The notes under the pieces are model-generated. The model did not search any database, was not told where the DNA came from, and saw nothing but the letters and a program-made list of their open reading frames with translations. A stretch of 64,000 nt of DNA from contig DAINRH010000001.1 of NCBI GenBank assembly GCA_036741905.1, forward strand, positions 34,617-98,616, given 5' to 3'. Source of the stretch: Methylobacter sp. Lineage in GTDB: Bacteria; Pseudomonadota; Gammaproteobacteria; Methylococcales; Methylomonadaceae. The position numbers and the translations under genes are program-made. Below, in pieces: positions 19,201 through 28,426 of the stretch (positions within the stretch are counted from its first letter, which is position 1; every line of letters begins with the position of its first letter).

Positions 19201-19392
19201 TTAAATTTTGGAGCTTAGTGTTTTACGAAACATACCCGCAGCATCAGTATCAAGATGGTCGGCAAAAATATCATCGCCATCCACCAAAACATGAGTGCCA
19301 TCGTCATTGTTTGTGTAAGTAAAGCCCGCGTTGTATTCATCGCACAAATCAGCCAGTTTCTTCAAAAACTCGGATTGCTTTTCAGTCAGCAT
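19201..19392 (-). CDS. small acidic hypothetical protein (63 aa)
   Basis: ORF with AGGAG upstream. Co-oriented. Confidence 0.45.
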   Translation of the reverse strand: MLTEKQSEFLKKLADLCDEYNAGFTYTNNDDGTHVLVDGDDIFADHLDTDAAGMFRKTLSSKI

Positions 19393-19410
19393 AAATTCTC
19401 CTAAGAGATT

Positions 19411-19446
19411 GGGTTAAAAACCGGCTAATCGAAAGTGATTAGCCAG
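19411..19446 (-). repeat. simple hairpin variant of the intergenic element
   Basis: GGCTAATC/GATTAGCC stem followed by TTTTTAACCC. Upstream of 19201..19392. Confidence 0.45.
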
Positions 19447-19459
19447 AAGTGAATATCAA

Positions 19460-21364
19460 TCAAGCTGCCAACAAATTGCGGCTGATTCTGAATAGCTCAG
19501 AACGCAACTCGGACACGTTGTTTATACAGATCGATTGATCAAATAAATGACTCGTGTCGAAACAGATGCCCACGCCTACAAGCTCAATCCCGGACGATTC
19601 GCAGCGCTTGATAACGGCTTTTGCGGCACATTCATCGTCAGGCTGTCCATCGGTCAACACCATAATGACTTTCCGTTCTTCACGGGTAGCAATCACGGAT
19701 GATGCGGCATACCACAAAGCGGCATGAAGCGGTGTACCTCCATTGGTAACAGCCGAGAATGCAGAAGCATTAGGACGAACCTTTTGCCCATGTTTCAACA
19801 GCGGAACAACATCATCAGAATCACCAAACGGGAATCGCGTCACGGCAGGATTAACGCCTGAAATACCTTCAAGTGCCAATGCCAATGCCATAGAGGATTC
19901 GATGGCTAATTGAATCAGCCTACGATTTGAGTCCGTACTGTAAATTCCATTCATTGAGCCTGAACAATCGACCAGCAAATGAATGGCGGTATTAGGTGCC
20001 TGCTTATGACTCCTGCGTTCGAAAACACGAGCATCGCCTTGAATCAAGCGCGACAGTTTCCGTCCATCAATACGATTACCCGAGCGTTTATTCACGGAAC
20101 GATCACAACGACTGGATTGAACCAGACCTTGAAGCGAAGCGCGAATTTTGCCGGAGTCACTTAAAACCTTATTCATTAAGTCGTTCCCAACAGAAGAATT
20201 CCGGTGAGGATCCATAGCGATGGGCATGTAAATATCAGCATCGTAACTATTGCGAGATTGACTGCCTAAAAGCTCTTGAACAGCTTCAAATATATCTTGA
20301 GGCACATCATCTTCACTGGCTGATAAAACAGAAGCCAGGGCTTGCAGCGTGTGCTCGCTATCCTGATCTTGTGAATCATCGGCACCACTACCAGTAGAAT
20401 CAGCATGACTCTGTCCAGATTGAGAATCTTGATCTTGATGATCGGTATCAGCGTCGTTCTGAGAACCTGCGCCTTGACTTTGATCTTGATCGTCCTGTCC
20501 AGATGCATCCTGATCTTGAGCGGATTGACTGTCATCAGTATCTTGATCGGGTTGAGAATCATCACCTTGCGACTGATTATCCTGTGAAGAATTGCCGGAG
20601 CTTGGATTGGTTAAGTCATCATCCTGATCATTATTGCTTTGTCCAGATTGAGATTGTGACGACGAATCATCACTTCCTTGTCGCTGAGACTGGTTAGACT
20701 GCTGCTGTTGACGCGCTTTCTCCTGCTCAATTTCCTGCTCTTCTTCAATCATGCGCAAGATGCGGTCGGCAAGCCGAACACAGTCACGCGTTACTTGAAA
20801 CTCAGGGACTTCAGATAAAAGAGCCACAAGTCTTGTTACCGCACCCACTGGAAAAGTATCTTCTAGTAATGATTCTGCGGTGTCTGCATACGACGCTAGA
20901 GCAGTTTGGCCCAAGACATCGTTACGAAGACGAAACAACAAAAACTGCGACAAAACGTCAGCTGGATGAATCTGTTCATTTTGACCGATTATTTGAAATC
21001 CACCGGTTTGAACAAGATACTCAACCACCTTCTCAGTAGTCCGTTTAGTGCCTGGATAAGTATTCTGCATTAATTTCTCAATACGGATATCTTCCAGGAT
21101 GTTGACGATACTTCTCCGAATAGGACTGGTAGCTGCTTTACGAAAATCAGTAAATTCGGTAAACCGAACATGAGCTGCTTCATGTGCCAAATAGCCCCAT
21201 GCCACATCCTTGTAAGACGGATCTTCAAGGTTGTAAGCTGGCAAGTTAATCGTATTTCCATCTGTATACGCATCAGAACCGCCAACTTTAACTTTGACGC
21301 CAAATTTGTTACCCAGTGCAGCGGCAACGATAGGGAATGCGTTATTCAAACTTTGATTTTTCAT
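19460..21364 (-). CDS. CobT-like von Willebrand factor A domain protein with an HEXXH motif and an acidic Q/S/D-rich linker
   Basis: LAHEAAHVRF is an HEXXH motif. VDCSGSM...GGTPLHAAL...VLTDGQPDD is a vWA MIDAS-like motif. The low-complexity DQDSQSGQ tract spans about 20300-20700. Confidence 0.7.
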   Translation of the reverse strand: MKNQSLNNAFPIVAAALGNKFGVKVKVGGSDAYTDGNTINLPAYNLEDPSYKDVAWGYLAHEAAHVRFTEFTDFRKAATSPIRRSIVNILEDIRIEKLMQNTYPGTKRTTEKVVEYLVQTGGFQIIGQNEQIHPADVLSQFLLFRLRNDVLGQTALASYADTAESLLEDTFPVGAVTRLVALLSEVPEFQVTRDCVRLADRILRMIEEEQEIEQEKARQQQQSNQSQRQGSDDSSSQSQSGQSNNDQDDDLTNPSSGNSSQDNQSQGDDSQPDQDTDDSQSAQDQDASGQDDQDQSQGAGSQNDADTDHQDQDSQSGQSHADSTGSGADDSQDQDSEHTLQALASVLSASEDDVPQDIFEAVQELLGSQSRNSYDADIYMPIAMDPHRNSSVGNDLMNKVLSDSGKIRASLQGLVQSSRCDRSVNKRSGNRIDGRKLSRLIQGDARVFERRSHKQAPNTAIHLLVDCSGSMNGIYSTDSNRRLIQLAIESSMALALALEGISGVNPAVTRFPFGDSDDVVPLLKHGQKVRPNASAFSAVTNGGTPLHAALWYAASSVIATREERKVIMVLTDGQPDDECAAKAVIKRCESSGIELVGVGICFDTSHLFDQSICINNVSELRSELFRISRNLLAA

Positions 21365-21390
21365 GGTCTATTCCTAAAAATAAAAAAATA

Positions 21391-21434
21391 GGCAAACCAT
21401 GACCCAAAGGGGCTATGTTTGCCCCTAGTGGGTT
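21391..21434 (-). repeat. intergenic hairpin element
   Basis: Arms GGGGCAAACAT/ATGGTTTGCC, apex CCCC-TTT-GGGT. Upstream of 19460..21364. Confidence 0.6.
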
Positions 21435-21590
21435 AAAAACTAAAAATATCTGTCAAGGGAAATAATAATCCCCAATAGTTGATTCAGTGTTTTTCAAATC
21501 ATCAAAAAATTTTATAAGTTTTTTAGATAGCTCAAACAATCCAGGATCAGAATGCAATCGCGAACATTCAATAGCAGCTGGTAAAATGAA

Positions 21591-21640
21591 GGCGGGGCAA
21601 CAACGCAACCCATACGGATTGAATTGCAACCCGCCGGGTG
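21591..21640 (-). repeat. possible degenerate hairpin element just after the DUF3150-like gene stop
   Basis: Sense strand begins CACCC-GGC-GGG. GGCGGG/CCCGCC forms the outer stem. Confidence 0.35.
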
Positions 21641-21653
21641 AAAATAAATAAAA

Positions 21654-22958
21654 TCAGAACCAGAAGTCCGTAGATTCTGCGGTTTCTTCTGATTCGACTA
21701 GATCGTCGTCATCAATATCCTCCCGATCGTCTTCAGATGAAGATTCAACCGGCGTAACATCAGCGACTTGAGTAACCGCTTTAGCAGTGACTTGAACATC
21801 GTCTACAAGTGATCCAAGAACGTTTTCTACCAAACCAAGTAATGCATCGGATGGTACGAAAGGTTCGGCGGCTTCTAAAGGTTCCTGAGTAATAGTATCT
21901 TCTTTCGAAGAGTCGTATTTAGCCAGGAATGCATCAAAACCAGGAAGATCGTCAACCTCACTTTCAATTTGAACTTCAGGTTGTTCACCTAAGTCGTTAT
22001 CTTCAGTATCCGTTATAATCTCCAACACAGGCTGTTGAACGATATCTTCATCGGCAAGCGTTGAATCGGCATCTGGAATGATTTGATCATCCAAATCGTC
22101 TTCAAGCTCAATATCAGAATCGATAACAGTATCTGGTTGCAATAAACCACTACCATGCCGTTTGATCTTTTCCGGATCGGACAATAACAAACCAAGACGG
22201 AACAGGCTATGAAAGACAACGCCGTTATAAGGACCACTTTTGGGAAGCAAATCCAAAACACTATCGATTTCATCAACAACCGGCATACACCGATGATCGA
22301 GAAAACCAAGACTGTCGAGCTTGTCACGTATTCTTCGAAAACCATTCAATGCCCGAGCGGTCACTGAATCTTTACCAACAAATGACCTATCGATAATCTG
22401 ATTGGCATCTTGAGAAATTTCCCTAAAAAGTTGTTCACTCATAGTGAGTGCGCGACGTTCAAGAGATTCTTCTTGTTCAGGTTTAGATACACGAAAAACC
22501 ACATAATCAAAACGCAGCTTGGCAGCTACAGTTCCAACCGGTTCAATGGCTCTACGAATAGCATCGCCAAACTCAGCGTGACAGCGAATCCATTCTTCAG
22601 TATCGGCGGTGTAGCTTGCCAAAAACAGATCTCTTTCCTGATAAAACTTCTTGGAAAGCGCATCAAGCTCTTGGGTAATCCTTGAAATTTCAGTCCTTGG
22701 ATTAGCAAAACCACCAATAAAACGGGTACCTGATTCAAGACAAATCCGTTCCGCTTCTTTCTTAATACGGTTAAATTCCTTCAACTTGTCAGGATTAATA
22801 GTCTTCTTAGTGCCTAGTGATGCCAAATCTTCCGGTGGAAGTCTGGAACCATCGGCAAGCACAAGGTCTTCAGCCCGAAGTTTTTTCGAACTTGTCCAAA
22901 TACTGATGTCGAGTTTAACGACGTCAACTTGGTCAAGTATCATGTCTGCATTTTTCAT
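21654..22958 (-). CDS. DUF3150-like protein with an acidic C-terminal tail
   Basis: N-terminus VDVVKLDISIWTSSKKLRAEDL...LPPEDLASLGTKKTINPDKLKEFNRIKKEAERICLESGTRFIGGFANP. Recognised from memory of the DUF3150 family, which typically neighbours CobS/CobT-like genes. Confidence 0.55.
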   Translation of the reverse strand: MKNADMILDQVDVVKLDISIWTSSKKLRAEDLVLADGSRLPPEDLASLGTKKTINPDKLKEFNRIKKEAERICLESGTRFIGGFANPRTEISRITQELDALSKKFYQERDLFLASYTADTEEWIRCHAEFGDAIRRAIEPVGTVAAKLRFDYVVFRVSKPEQEESLERRALTMSEQLFREISQDANQIIDRSFVGKDSVTARALNGFRRIRDKLDSLGFLDHRCMPVVDEIDSVLDLLPKSGPYNGVVFHSLFRLGLLLSDPEKIKRHGSGLLQPDTVIDSDIELEDDLDDQIIPDADSTLADEDIVQQPVLEIITDTEDNDLGEQPEVQIESEVDDLPGFDAFLAKYDSSKEDTITQEPLEAAEPFVPSDALLGLVENVLGSLVDDVQVTAKAVTQVADVTPVESSSEDDREDIDDDDLVESEETAESTDFWF

Positions 22959-22985
22959 ATCTGCTTCTCCAAAAAAAGTAAAAGT

Positions 22986-23032
22986 GAAGAGACAGATTGC
23001 GTCCCATCAGGGCGAAAAATGCCCCTTCTGGG
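22986..23032 (-). repeat. intergenic hairpin element
   Basis: Sense strand: ACCC-AGA-AGGGGC...GCCC-TGAT-GGGAC, then a T-rich run and GGAG. Upstream of 21654..22958. Confidence 0.5.
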
Positions 23033-23051
23033 TAAGTAAAAAATTAAAAGT

Positions 23052-23795
23052 TCAGAAGTAAAAGTCTTCCTGTTCAGGTGCGATCATGGTTAGATCAACC
23101 CTTTTCACAAGCAAACCCATTTCTTCTGCGATTTGACGAATGGATTCCAGATCAGCGTCAAAAAATGACAACGCTTCGGTTTCCAGTTTGAGCTGGTCAC
23201 TAATTTCAACACCATCCTCATGAGACAAGGAAACAGTGATACCTTCGGGTGCGTTTTTCTTCAGCACCATAAGCAGCAACAAAGAAGCAACACCATTCTC
23301 TTTCGACAAACACCCCGCATCTGGTTTAACAAAATCACCATAATCATGAATGATCATTTCTGCCCACAAACAATCCGGATATGTACGCAGAATCGCGGTG
23401 GCATAACCGGTAGCCAGACCTCTTGAAAAATGATGCGCGGGACTATCCAACATGGGAGAAGGTATTTTAATTCGCCAATAAATATGCGGATCATTCTCTG
23501 TAGGCGGATGGTCTACACCAACGGGCTTTGAAGATATGGGAGGAACGTTGCTAATTTTTCCGTCATCACCAATCCAGGCTTGTCCAGAATGTTTATAGCC
23601 TTTTCGCTGTTTCGAGCGTATCAGTTTATGCATATCGTCGGGATGAACAATGCCTTTGGTGTTGGACGCCATCTTTGCCCCCGATTTCCCCCAGAATGTT
23701 GTGAAGGTGCCATCGTGATTATAACGAAGGGCCCACAACTTTGAGGAACCGTCGGGATTGTCAAACCGATAAAAATCAAATGGGTTAAGGTTCAT
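23052..23795 (-). CDS. WGR-domain-like protein
   Basis: SSKLWALRYNHDGTFTTFWGKSGAKMASNTKGI...RSKQRKGYKH resembles a WGR domain. The ATG at 23795 lies 2 nt after the upstream stop. Confidence 0.45.
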   Translation of the reverse strand: MNLNPFDFYRFDNPDGSSKLWALRYNHDGTFTTFWGKSGAKMASNTKGIVHPDDMHKLIRSKQRKGYKHSGQAWIGDDGKISNVPPISSKPVGVDHPPTENDPHIYWRIKIPSPMLDSPAHHFSRGLATGYATAILRTYPDCLWAEMIIHDYGDFVKPDAGCLSKENGVASLLLLMVLKKNAPEGITVSLSHEDGVEISDQLKLETEALSFFDADLESIRQIAEEMGLLVKRVDLTMIAPEQEDFYF

Positions 23796-23797
23796 TG

Positions 23798-24769
23798 CTA
23801 TTCTCCCCAAGCATCACCGAAAACGTCTTTGGCAATGCGATGGATAGCTTCACGTTGAGTCGGCTCTGCACGTAATGTGAGCGCACGGTCCAACGAATAC
23901 GCCAGCGCATTAGGAGCGCGTTTGTAAGCAATCATCAAGTTCGTCCAGCGCACCAGAGTCCGTGTGGACATCGTAACGCTTAATTCACCTGAGCTGTCAG
24001 AACCACCGACAAAAAGCCGACGGATTTCATTAGCGACCTCAATCATTTTATCCGTCAAATTTCCCATAACCGCATCAACAGAAATACCCATGCTAACAAG
24101 CGCCGCTTGCAGGATGGACTTCTCAATAGAAGCTTCAGGATAACCGACTTCCATTAATCTGAACCGATCCAAAAATGCAAGGTTTTGCTGCATGATGCCT
24201 TGATAAAGACCGCTTTGATCACCTTGACCTGCGGAGTTGCCGGTAGCGATCAGACGGAACTTAGGATGAGGTTTAATCACTTCACCGCCGTTTTGAGGAA
24301 TGACCAAAGGTTGCCCTTCGATAATATCGTTCAAACCAGCGAGTTCAGAGGGATCCATCAAGTCGATTTCATTCAAAATCAACAGATGACCATCGCGAAC
24401 AGCTTGAGCAAGCGGACCCTGCATAAAAGACATGGAACCATTGACAAGCATAAATTGACCAATAAGATCGTTCAGCTCAAGACGACCATGACAGGTGACT
24501 TGATTAACGGGCCAATTCAAGCGAGAAGCAACCTGGCAGATCAGCGAGGTTTTGCCTGAACCGGTAGGGCCAGTCAAATACAGCGCATCGCCGAGAGGAT
24601 TGGCAATAAATGCCAAGACATCGCGTAGATGTTCATTTCTGAACACATACTCTTTATTGGCTGGAATTAAAGGATGCAGAGCATCTTTAAATCCTTCAAC
24701 AGTCATTGCGGCAGGAGCCACAATGCCAAAAGTTGAACCAATCGCGAATTTTTTAGTTTGAGTAGTCAT
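23798..24769 (-). CDS. CobS/MoxR-like AAA+ ATPase (AAA_5)
   Basis: Walker A LTGPTGSGKTS, Walker B LLILNEIDL, then FRLIATGNS. Confidence 0.75.
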   Translation of the reverse strand: MTTQTKKFAIGSTFGIVAPAAMTVEGFKDALHPLIPANKEYVFRNEHLRDVLAFIANPLGDALYLTGPTGSGKTSLICQVASRLNWPVNQVTCHGRLELNDLIGQFMLVNGSMSFMQGPLAQAVRDGHLLILNEIDLMDPSELAGLNDIIEGQPLVIPQNGGEVIKPHPKFRLIATGNSAGQGDQSGLYQGIMQQNLAFLDRFRLMEVGYPEASIEKSILQAALVSMGISVDAVMGNLTDKMIEVANEIRRLFVGGSDSSGELSVTMSTRTLVRWTNLMIAYKRAPNALAYSLDRALTLRAEPTQREAIHRIAKDVFGDAWGE

Positions 24770-24789
24770 AGTGTTTTCTCAGATTAAAC

Positions 24790-24842
24790 CAGAGAAAACA
24801 CACAGTTCCCAACCGGGAAAAATGAATTTTCCCCAGTGGGTT
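24790..24842 (-). repeat. intergenic hairpin element
   Basis: Sense strand: ACCC-ACT-GGGGAAAA-TTCA-TTTTTCCC-GGTT-GGGAAC. Upstream of 23798..24769. Confidence 0.55.
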
Positions 24843-25108
24843 AAAAAATAAATCAAATAAAATCACGGCTAAGCCGTTTCATAAGTATCACGCCGGAGCG
24901 CTTCATTGATTCCTTATTTAAAGTGCTGAACTGGCACTGCTCTTGAGTCCTCTTAGAGAACTACAAAAAATCGTCTTTCCACAATACTTAAACCAAGCAC
25001 TCTGGAAAGACGGTAAGGGCATTATGCCGGTTACCGTCAAAATAGTAAGATCAAAAGACGCCCAAATTACGCGTCTTTTGACTGGATAAAATTAACTCAG
25101 TTCGTAAG
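24840..25108 (-). repeat. ~270-bp structured intergenic module, copy B (upstream of the CobS-like AAA gene)
   Basis: Aligns end to end with copy A with few substitutions. It even includes the ...AACTGAGTTAA gene-end string. Confidence 0.85.
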
Positions 25109-25133
25109 TAAGAAATTCTATTTAAGAAAGGAA

Positions 25134-25496
25134 TTAGTATTCCGAAGGCAGCAACAGAACGTCGTCGAACAAATAAAAGCTCCAGGTCCCCTCAATCAAA
25201 GTTGTGGATGGCACATGCTTTGATTTCAGTTCTTTACTATCGCCATCTTTGACAACGATTATGCAAGATCCATTTTGAGACTCCACCGTAATAAACAAAA
25301 ACGTCTGATCCTTTAGCATTGGGAAGTACTCGGTCGCAATAACATCCAACAGCCAATAGCTTTCGGTTTGCTCCGCAAAATACTTGACGCCATCGGTGTA
25401 TGTCATCGCAGGCATCAACGGGTGTCTATACCAGTGTTCCGTGCCAATAAACTGCATCAGCTCAGAGTCCAATGCTTCTTTTCGTAGTGTTTCCAT
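25134..25496 (-). CDS. hypothetical protein (possibly DUF6876-like)
   Basis: 120-aa ORF with FIGTEHWYRHPLMPAMTYTDGVKYFAEQTESYWLLDVI. The family assignment is from memory only. Confidence 0.45.
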   Translation of the reverse strand: METLRKEALDSELMQFIGTEHWYRHPLMPAMTYTDGVKYFAEQTESYWLLDVIATEYFPMLKDQTFLFITVESQNGSCIIVVKDGDSKELKSKHVPSTTLIEGTWSFYLFDDVLLLPSEY

Positions 25497-25522
25497 GTGA
25501 ATCTCCAGGTAAAAGTAAAAGA

Positions 25523-25571
25523 CCGCAAGAAACGCAACATCCGCAAAGGATGAGTGTCTTTGCGGAAGGTT
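25523..25571 (-). repeat. intergenic hairpin element
   Basis: Arms CCGCAAAGACAC.../...GCGTTTCTTGCGG. Upstream of 25134..25496. Confidence 0.5.
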
Positions 25572-25663
25572 AGAAATAAAGAATGATCAGGCCGTAGTCA
25601 TCACAACCCTATGTACTTGTTGAATACCGGCTGTGATGTAACAGTTCAGCATTCCGGGCCTGT

Positions 25664-26014
25664 TTAGCAGATAGCTAATGCCTGTTTCGCAAAATCATGA
25701 GCAGAGTCAATTTCACCTGCAAGCAAGGCCTGGCACGCATAAAACGCAAATTCCTTTCGCTTTATAGCTTTAACGGAGGCATCGGGTTCTGGGAACGCCG
25801 AGACTTCTTCAGCACTAAAACGCAAGGTTTCGCCGTTCACTTCTTCGAAATCATCGAATAGCAAAGGCATATTTTGGGTGTTATCCCAAATAGTGCTTTC
25901 ATCAAATGCAGTCTGGGCCAATTGCTTGGCGGATTCGGCATCTGTCGCGGTTACACCCACAACAACGCGGTGGGTGTAGTCAATTTCGTATGTGACAGCG
26001 AATTTTGTAGTCAT
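25664..26014 (-). CDS. hypothetical protein
   Basis: 116-aa ORF preceded by a hairpin element and AGAGGA. Confidence 0.5.
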   Translation of the reverse strand: MTTKFAVTYEIDYTHRVVVGVTATDAESAKQLAQTAFDESTIWDNTQNMPLLFDDFEEVNGETLRFSAEEVSAFPEPDASVKAIKRKEFAFYACQALLAGEIDSAHDFAKQALAIC

Positions 26015-26041
26015 GGTTATGTCCTCTAAAGGTTTAAAAAA

Positions 26042-26083
26042 GAGGCAACTATTCCCAATGAGGACGTTGCCCCTTATGGGGTT
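26042..26083 (-). repeat. intergenic hairpin element
   Basis: Arms GGGGCAACGTCC/...AGTTGCCTC. Overlaps the TAA stop of 26082..26423. Upstream of 25664..26014. Confidence 0.5.
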
Positions 26084-26423
26084 AGTGAGGTTTTCTATTT
26101 TGGATGGATTCGAATTTGCCTAAAACAGCATCACGAATGTCATTAGGATCCAATCCAGATACCTTGCAGCAGTTGATGAAACTGAAGGGATTTAGATCGC
26201 CGATGTTCGTCAGCCAGTTGTATATTTCAACAACCGTTTTCATTGAACATCTATTGTCAAACAGATTGTGTAACGAATCTTCCAGAAGACAATCGCAGAT
26301 ATGCGCAATTTCTGTATCAGTCCAGGGCGGTACTTCTTCAGGCAAGGTCTCTGTGCTTTGTAGCCACAGCCATTGATCATCGAACAAGTCGAGATTTAGG
26401 CTACGATCAAAACCTCGTCGCAT
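26082..26423 (-). CDS. hypothetical protein
   Basis: 113-aa ORF preceded by a hairpin element and GGAGG. Confidence 0.5.
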   Translation of the reverse strand: MRRGFDRSLNLDLFDDQWLWLQSTETLPEEVPPWTDTEIAHICDCLLEDSLHNLFDNRCSMKTVVEIYNWLTNIGDLNPFSFINCCKVSGLDPNDIRDAVLGKFESIQNRKPH

Positions 26424-26439
26424 GGTGCCTCCAAAAATT

Positions 26440-26485
26440 CGGGAAACATATGCGCCCAGTCGGGGTCAGTGTTCCCCGATGGGTT
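26440..26485 (-). repeat. intergenic hairpin element
   Basis: Arms GGGGAACACTGA/...ATGTTTCCCG, apex CCCC-GACT-GGGC. Upstream of 26082..26423. Confidence 0.55.
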
Positions 26486-26514
26486 AAGGTTAATGATGAG
26501 TTAAGGTTTTAGAA

Positions 26515-27516
26515 TCAAAACCAAAAATCACCGTCTGTAGAAGACATAATTTCGTCCATTGAGAACGGAACTTGTGCCTTTTCTTCGCCTTTAAGCGTAA
26601 AACGTGTTCGCTCAGTCGATTTCTTGCGGAAGGTTTCCAAAAAAGCGGGATCAACATCGGGATGCAGGGCCATTAATGCAGCCTTGTAGTCGATATTACC
26701 TTGCGTAAGATAGCGATTGATTCTAAGACCACTGCTTTCGGCTTGAGCATAATCACCCATTAATTTAAGGAGATTTTTCTCGATATCAGCCTGCTGTTTT
26801 TCATAAGGTTTAATCTTGGACGCGAAGTCCTTAATTATTTCTTCAGCACTGTGATAATTTGCTGCCAGCACGTTCCATTGATCAATTTCCAGTCCAGACG
26901 GAATGAAGATGTCACGATCAATATCAGTCGCTGGTGGCTGATTTTTCAACAAATAATCAGCAAACTTTCGACCCTCGATAATCAAACTATCAATGACCAA
27001 ATCATTCTTTTTAATCAAAAAGTCTAAAGGCGGCTCCTTATCGTTCAAATAAAACGACAAATAACCTTCATTAGTTCCAGCGACTACAATCTGCTGCTGA
27101 ACTTGATAGTAATAACGCCTATAAACTTTCGATTTAGTGCCATTTTGCTGCGCATCTCGAAAATTAACTTCCATTGGAACTTTAAGTTCTACAGGAATTC
27201 CATCATCGTTCAACCCATCAAAAGAAGCCCTTAGAAAAGGATGATCTTCTGATTCTGCACATAACGGTAAAACTATCGTGTTATGACGATTTTCAAAAGA
27301 CCTTCGAGCTGTTGCCTCAAGTCTAATTCCTCTTTGGACAAAGGGATTACTGTCCAGATTATCTGGAAGAGTAATTCCCTTCTTCTCGTTGTATAAACGG
27401 TAAATTGTCTTTAAAGGACATTGTCCAAGAACAATAATTGCTTCTGATGCAGAAACACCCAAATTGCGCCATTGGTGCCATTCGGGCGTGCGCTGTTGAA
27501 GATTAACGACTTTCAT
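26515..27516 (-). CDS. YqaJ-type (lambda Exo-like) recombination exonuclease
   Basis: MKVVNLQQRTPEWHQWRNLGVSASEAIIVLG is a YqaJ N-terminal signature. GGGAG lies 6 nt upstream of the ATG at 27516. Sits next to bet and ssb. Confidence 0.75.
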   Translation of the reverse strand: MKVVNLQQRTPEWHQWRNLGVSASEAIIVLGQCPLKTIYRLYNEKKGITLPDNLDSNPFVQRGIRLEATARRSFENRHNTIVLPLCAESEDHPFLRASFDGLNDDGIPVELKVPMEVNFRDAQQNGTKSKVYRRYYYQVQQQIVVAGTNEGYLSFYLNDKEPPLDFLIKKNDLVIDSLIIEGRKFADYLLKNQPPATDIDRDIFIPSGLEIDQWNVLAANYHSAEEIIKDFASKIKPYEKQQADIEKNLLKLMGDYAQAESSGLRINRYLTQGNIDYKAALMALHPDVDPAFLETFRKKSTERTRFTLKGEEKAQVPFSMDEIMSSTDGDFWF

Positions 27517-27554
27517 AAAAGACTCCCAGTAAATAATGGGCGTCATGAAAAAAA

Positions 27555-27586
27555 CCAAGTGGGCTTTCAGTGACGCCCAACGGGTG
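27555..27586 (-). repeat. short hairpin variant
   Basis: Sense strand: CACCC-GTT-GGGCGTCACTGAAAGCCCACTTGG followed by T7. Upstream of 26515..27516. Confidence 0.45.
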
Positions 27587-27597
27587 AAAGTAATTAG

Positions 27598-27732
27598 TTA
27601 ACCAAGAACGGCTCTAACAATATCAATTACATTTCCTTCTGGAAACGCAGCTCTTCCTAATAATGAAACCAGAAAAACTGATGAAAATAAAAAAGCTGAA
27701 ATTAGGCCAAAAATTAATTTAAGAATACTCAT
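27598..27732 (-). CDS. 44-aa hydrophobic peptide (single TM), below the ORF-track cutoff
   Basis: Translates to MSILKLIFGLISAFLFSSVFLVSLLGRAAFPEGNVIDIVRAVLG*. AAGGA lies 6 nt upstream. It has its own hairpin element at 27754-27799. Confidence 0.4.
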   Translation of the reverse strand: MSILKLIFGLISAFLFSSVFLVSLLGRAAFPEGNVIDIVRAVLG

Positions 27733-27753
27733 GACAATCCTTTAAATAATGAA

Positions 27754-27799
27754 GGGCATCATGAAGTCCCGAGGGGCATACATGATGCCCTGTAGGGTT
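27754..27799 (-). repeat. intergenic hairpin element
   Basis: Perfect 10-bp arms GGGCATCATG/CATGATGCCC, apex CCCC-TCG-GGAC, 5' ACCC-TAC-AGGG. Upstream of the 44-aa ORF. Confidence 0.65.
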
Positions 27800-27808
27800 A
27801 AAAGTAGA

Positions 27809-28426
27809 TTAAGCCAAATTAGCTTTTGCTTCAGCTAAAGGTGACTTCTTGTTGTTGACGATACTACTAGCTTGCTCTGGAGCTTTACCTTCAGAAGAAT
27901 TCTCTTTAGGAGGGTTCTCTTTAGGATTTGGCACAGAAGCAGCTTGCGTATTAACAGGATCTTTCTTTTGCGGAAGATTAATCAAAGTGGCTTCATAAAG
28001 TGATTTAGCCTTATTAATTTCTTCATTCACAAAGAGCAAGTTGAATCCTGAGAAGTTTTCGCCGGCATAATCAAGTGCTGCTTGAAATGCACCACCGGCT
28101 TTCTGAGCACGATCAATAAGTCTTGGTGCCATTTTTGTAGCTTCAACACTTGGAGCCTGATCGGTCGAATCTGACATATCAATGACAGTAGACTGACCTT
28201 CGATAATGCGTTCAGCTTCGTCCTGGTCATAAATACCGACAAAACCAAATGCAATACGAGAACATTGAATCATAGCCTTATGCCGTAATAACCGCTTAGT
28301 ATGAGTCTGCCAAGGGCCATTGATAGTGTAAGGAGCGCCGCCGTTTTTAGGTGTACCAGTAAAAGGTGGACGGTAAGTTTCATCAAGAAATTCTTTAATG
28401 CGAATAGGATGAGTTCTACCTTTACG
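27809..28426 (-). CDS. bet: Bet (Red-beta family) single-strand annealing recombinase, exon 2
   Basis: In-frame translation RKGRTHPIRIKEFLDE...GPWQTHTKRLLRHKAMIQCSRIAFGFVGIYDQDEAERI parallels lambda Bet RKDRNHPICVTEWMDE...GPWQSHPKRMLRHKAMIQCARLAFGFAGIYDKDEAERI. Confidence 0.85.
   Translation of the reverse strand, partial: RKGRTHPIRIKEFLDETYRPPFTGTPKNGGAPYTINGPWQTHTKRLLRHKAMIQCSRIAFGFVGIYDQDEAERIIEGQSTVIDMSDSTDQAPSVEATKMAPRLIDRAQKAGGAFQAALDYAGENFSGFNLLFVNEEINKAKSLYEATLINLPQKKDPVNTQAASVPNPKENPPKENSSEGKAPEQASSIVNNKKSPLAEAKANLA

Noticed and set aside
20266-20700. Several overlapping ORFs on both strands within the vWA gene's linker (for example 20266..20565 and 20405..20587).
   Set aside because: They are artefacts of the low-complexity GAT/CAG-rich tract encoding the D/Q/S linker.
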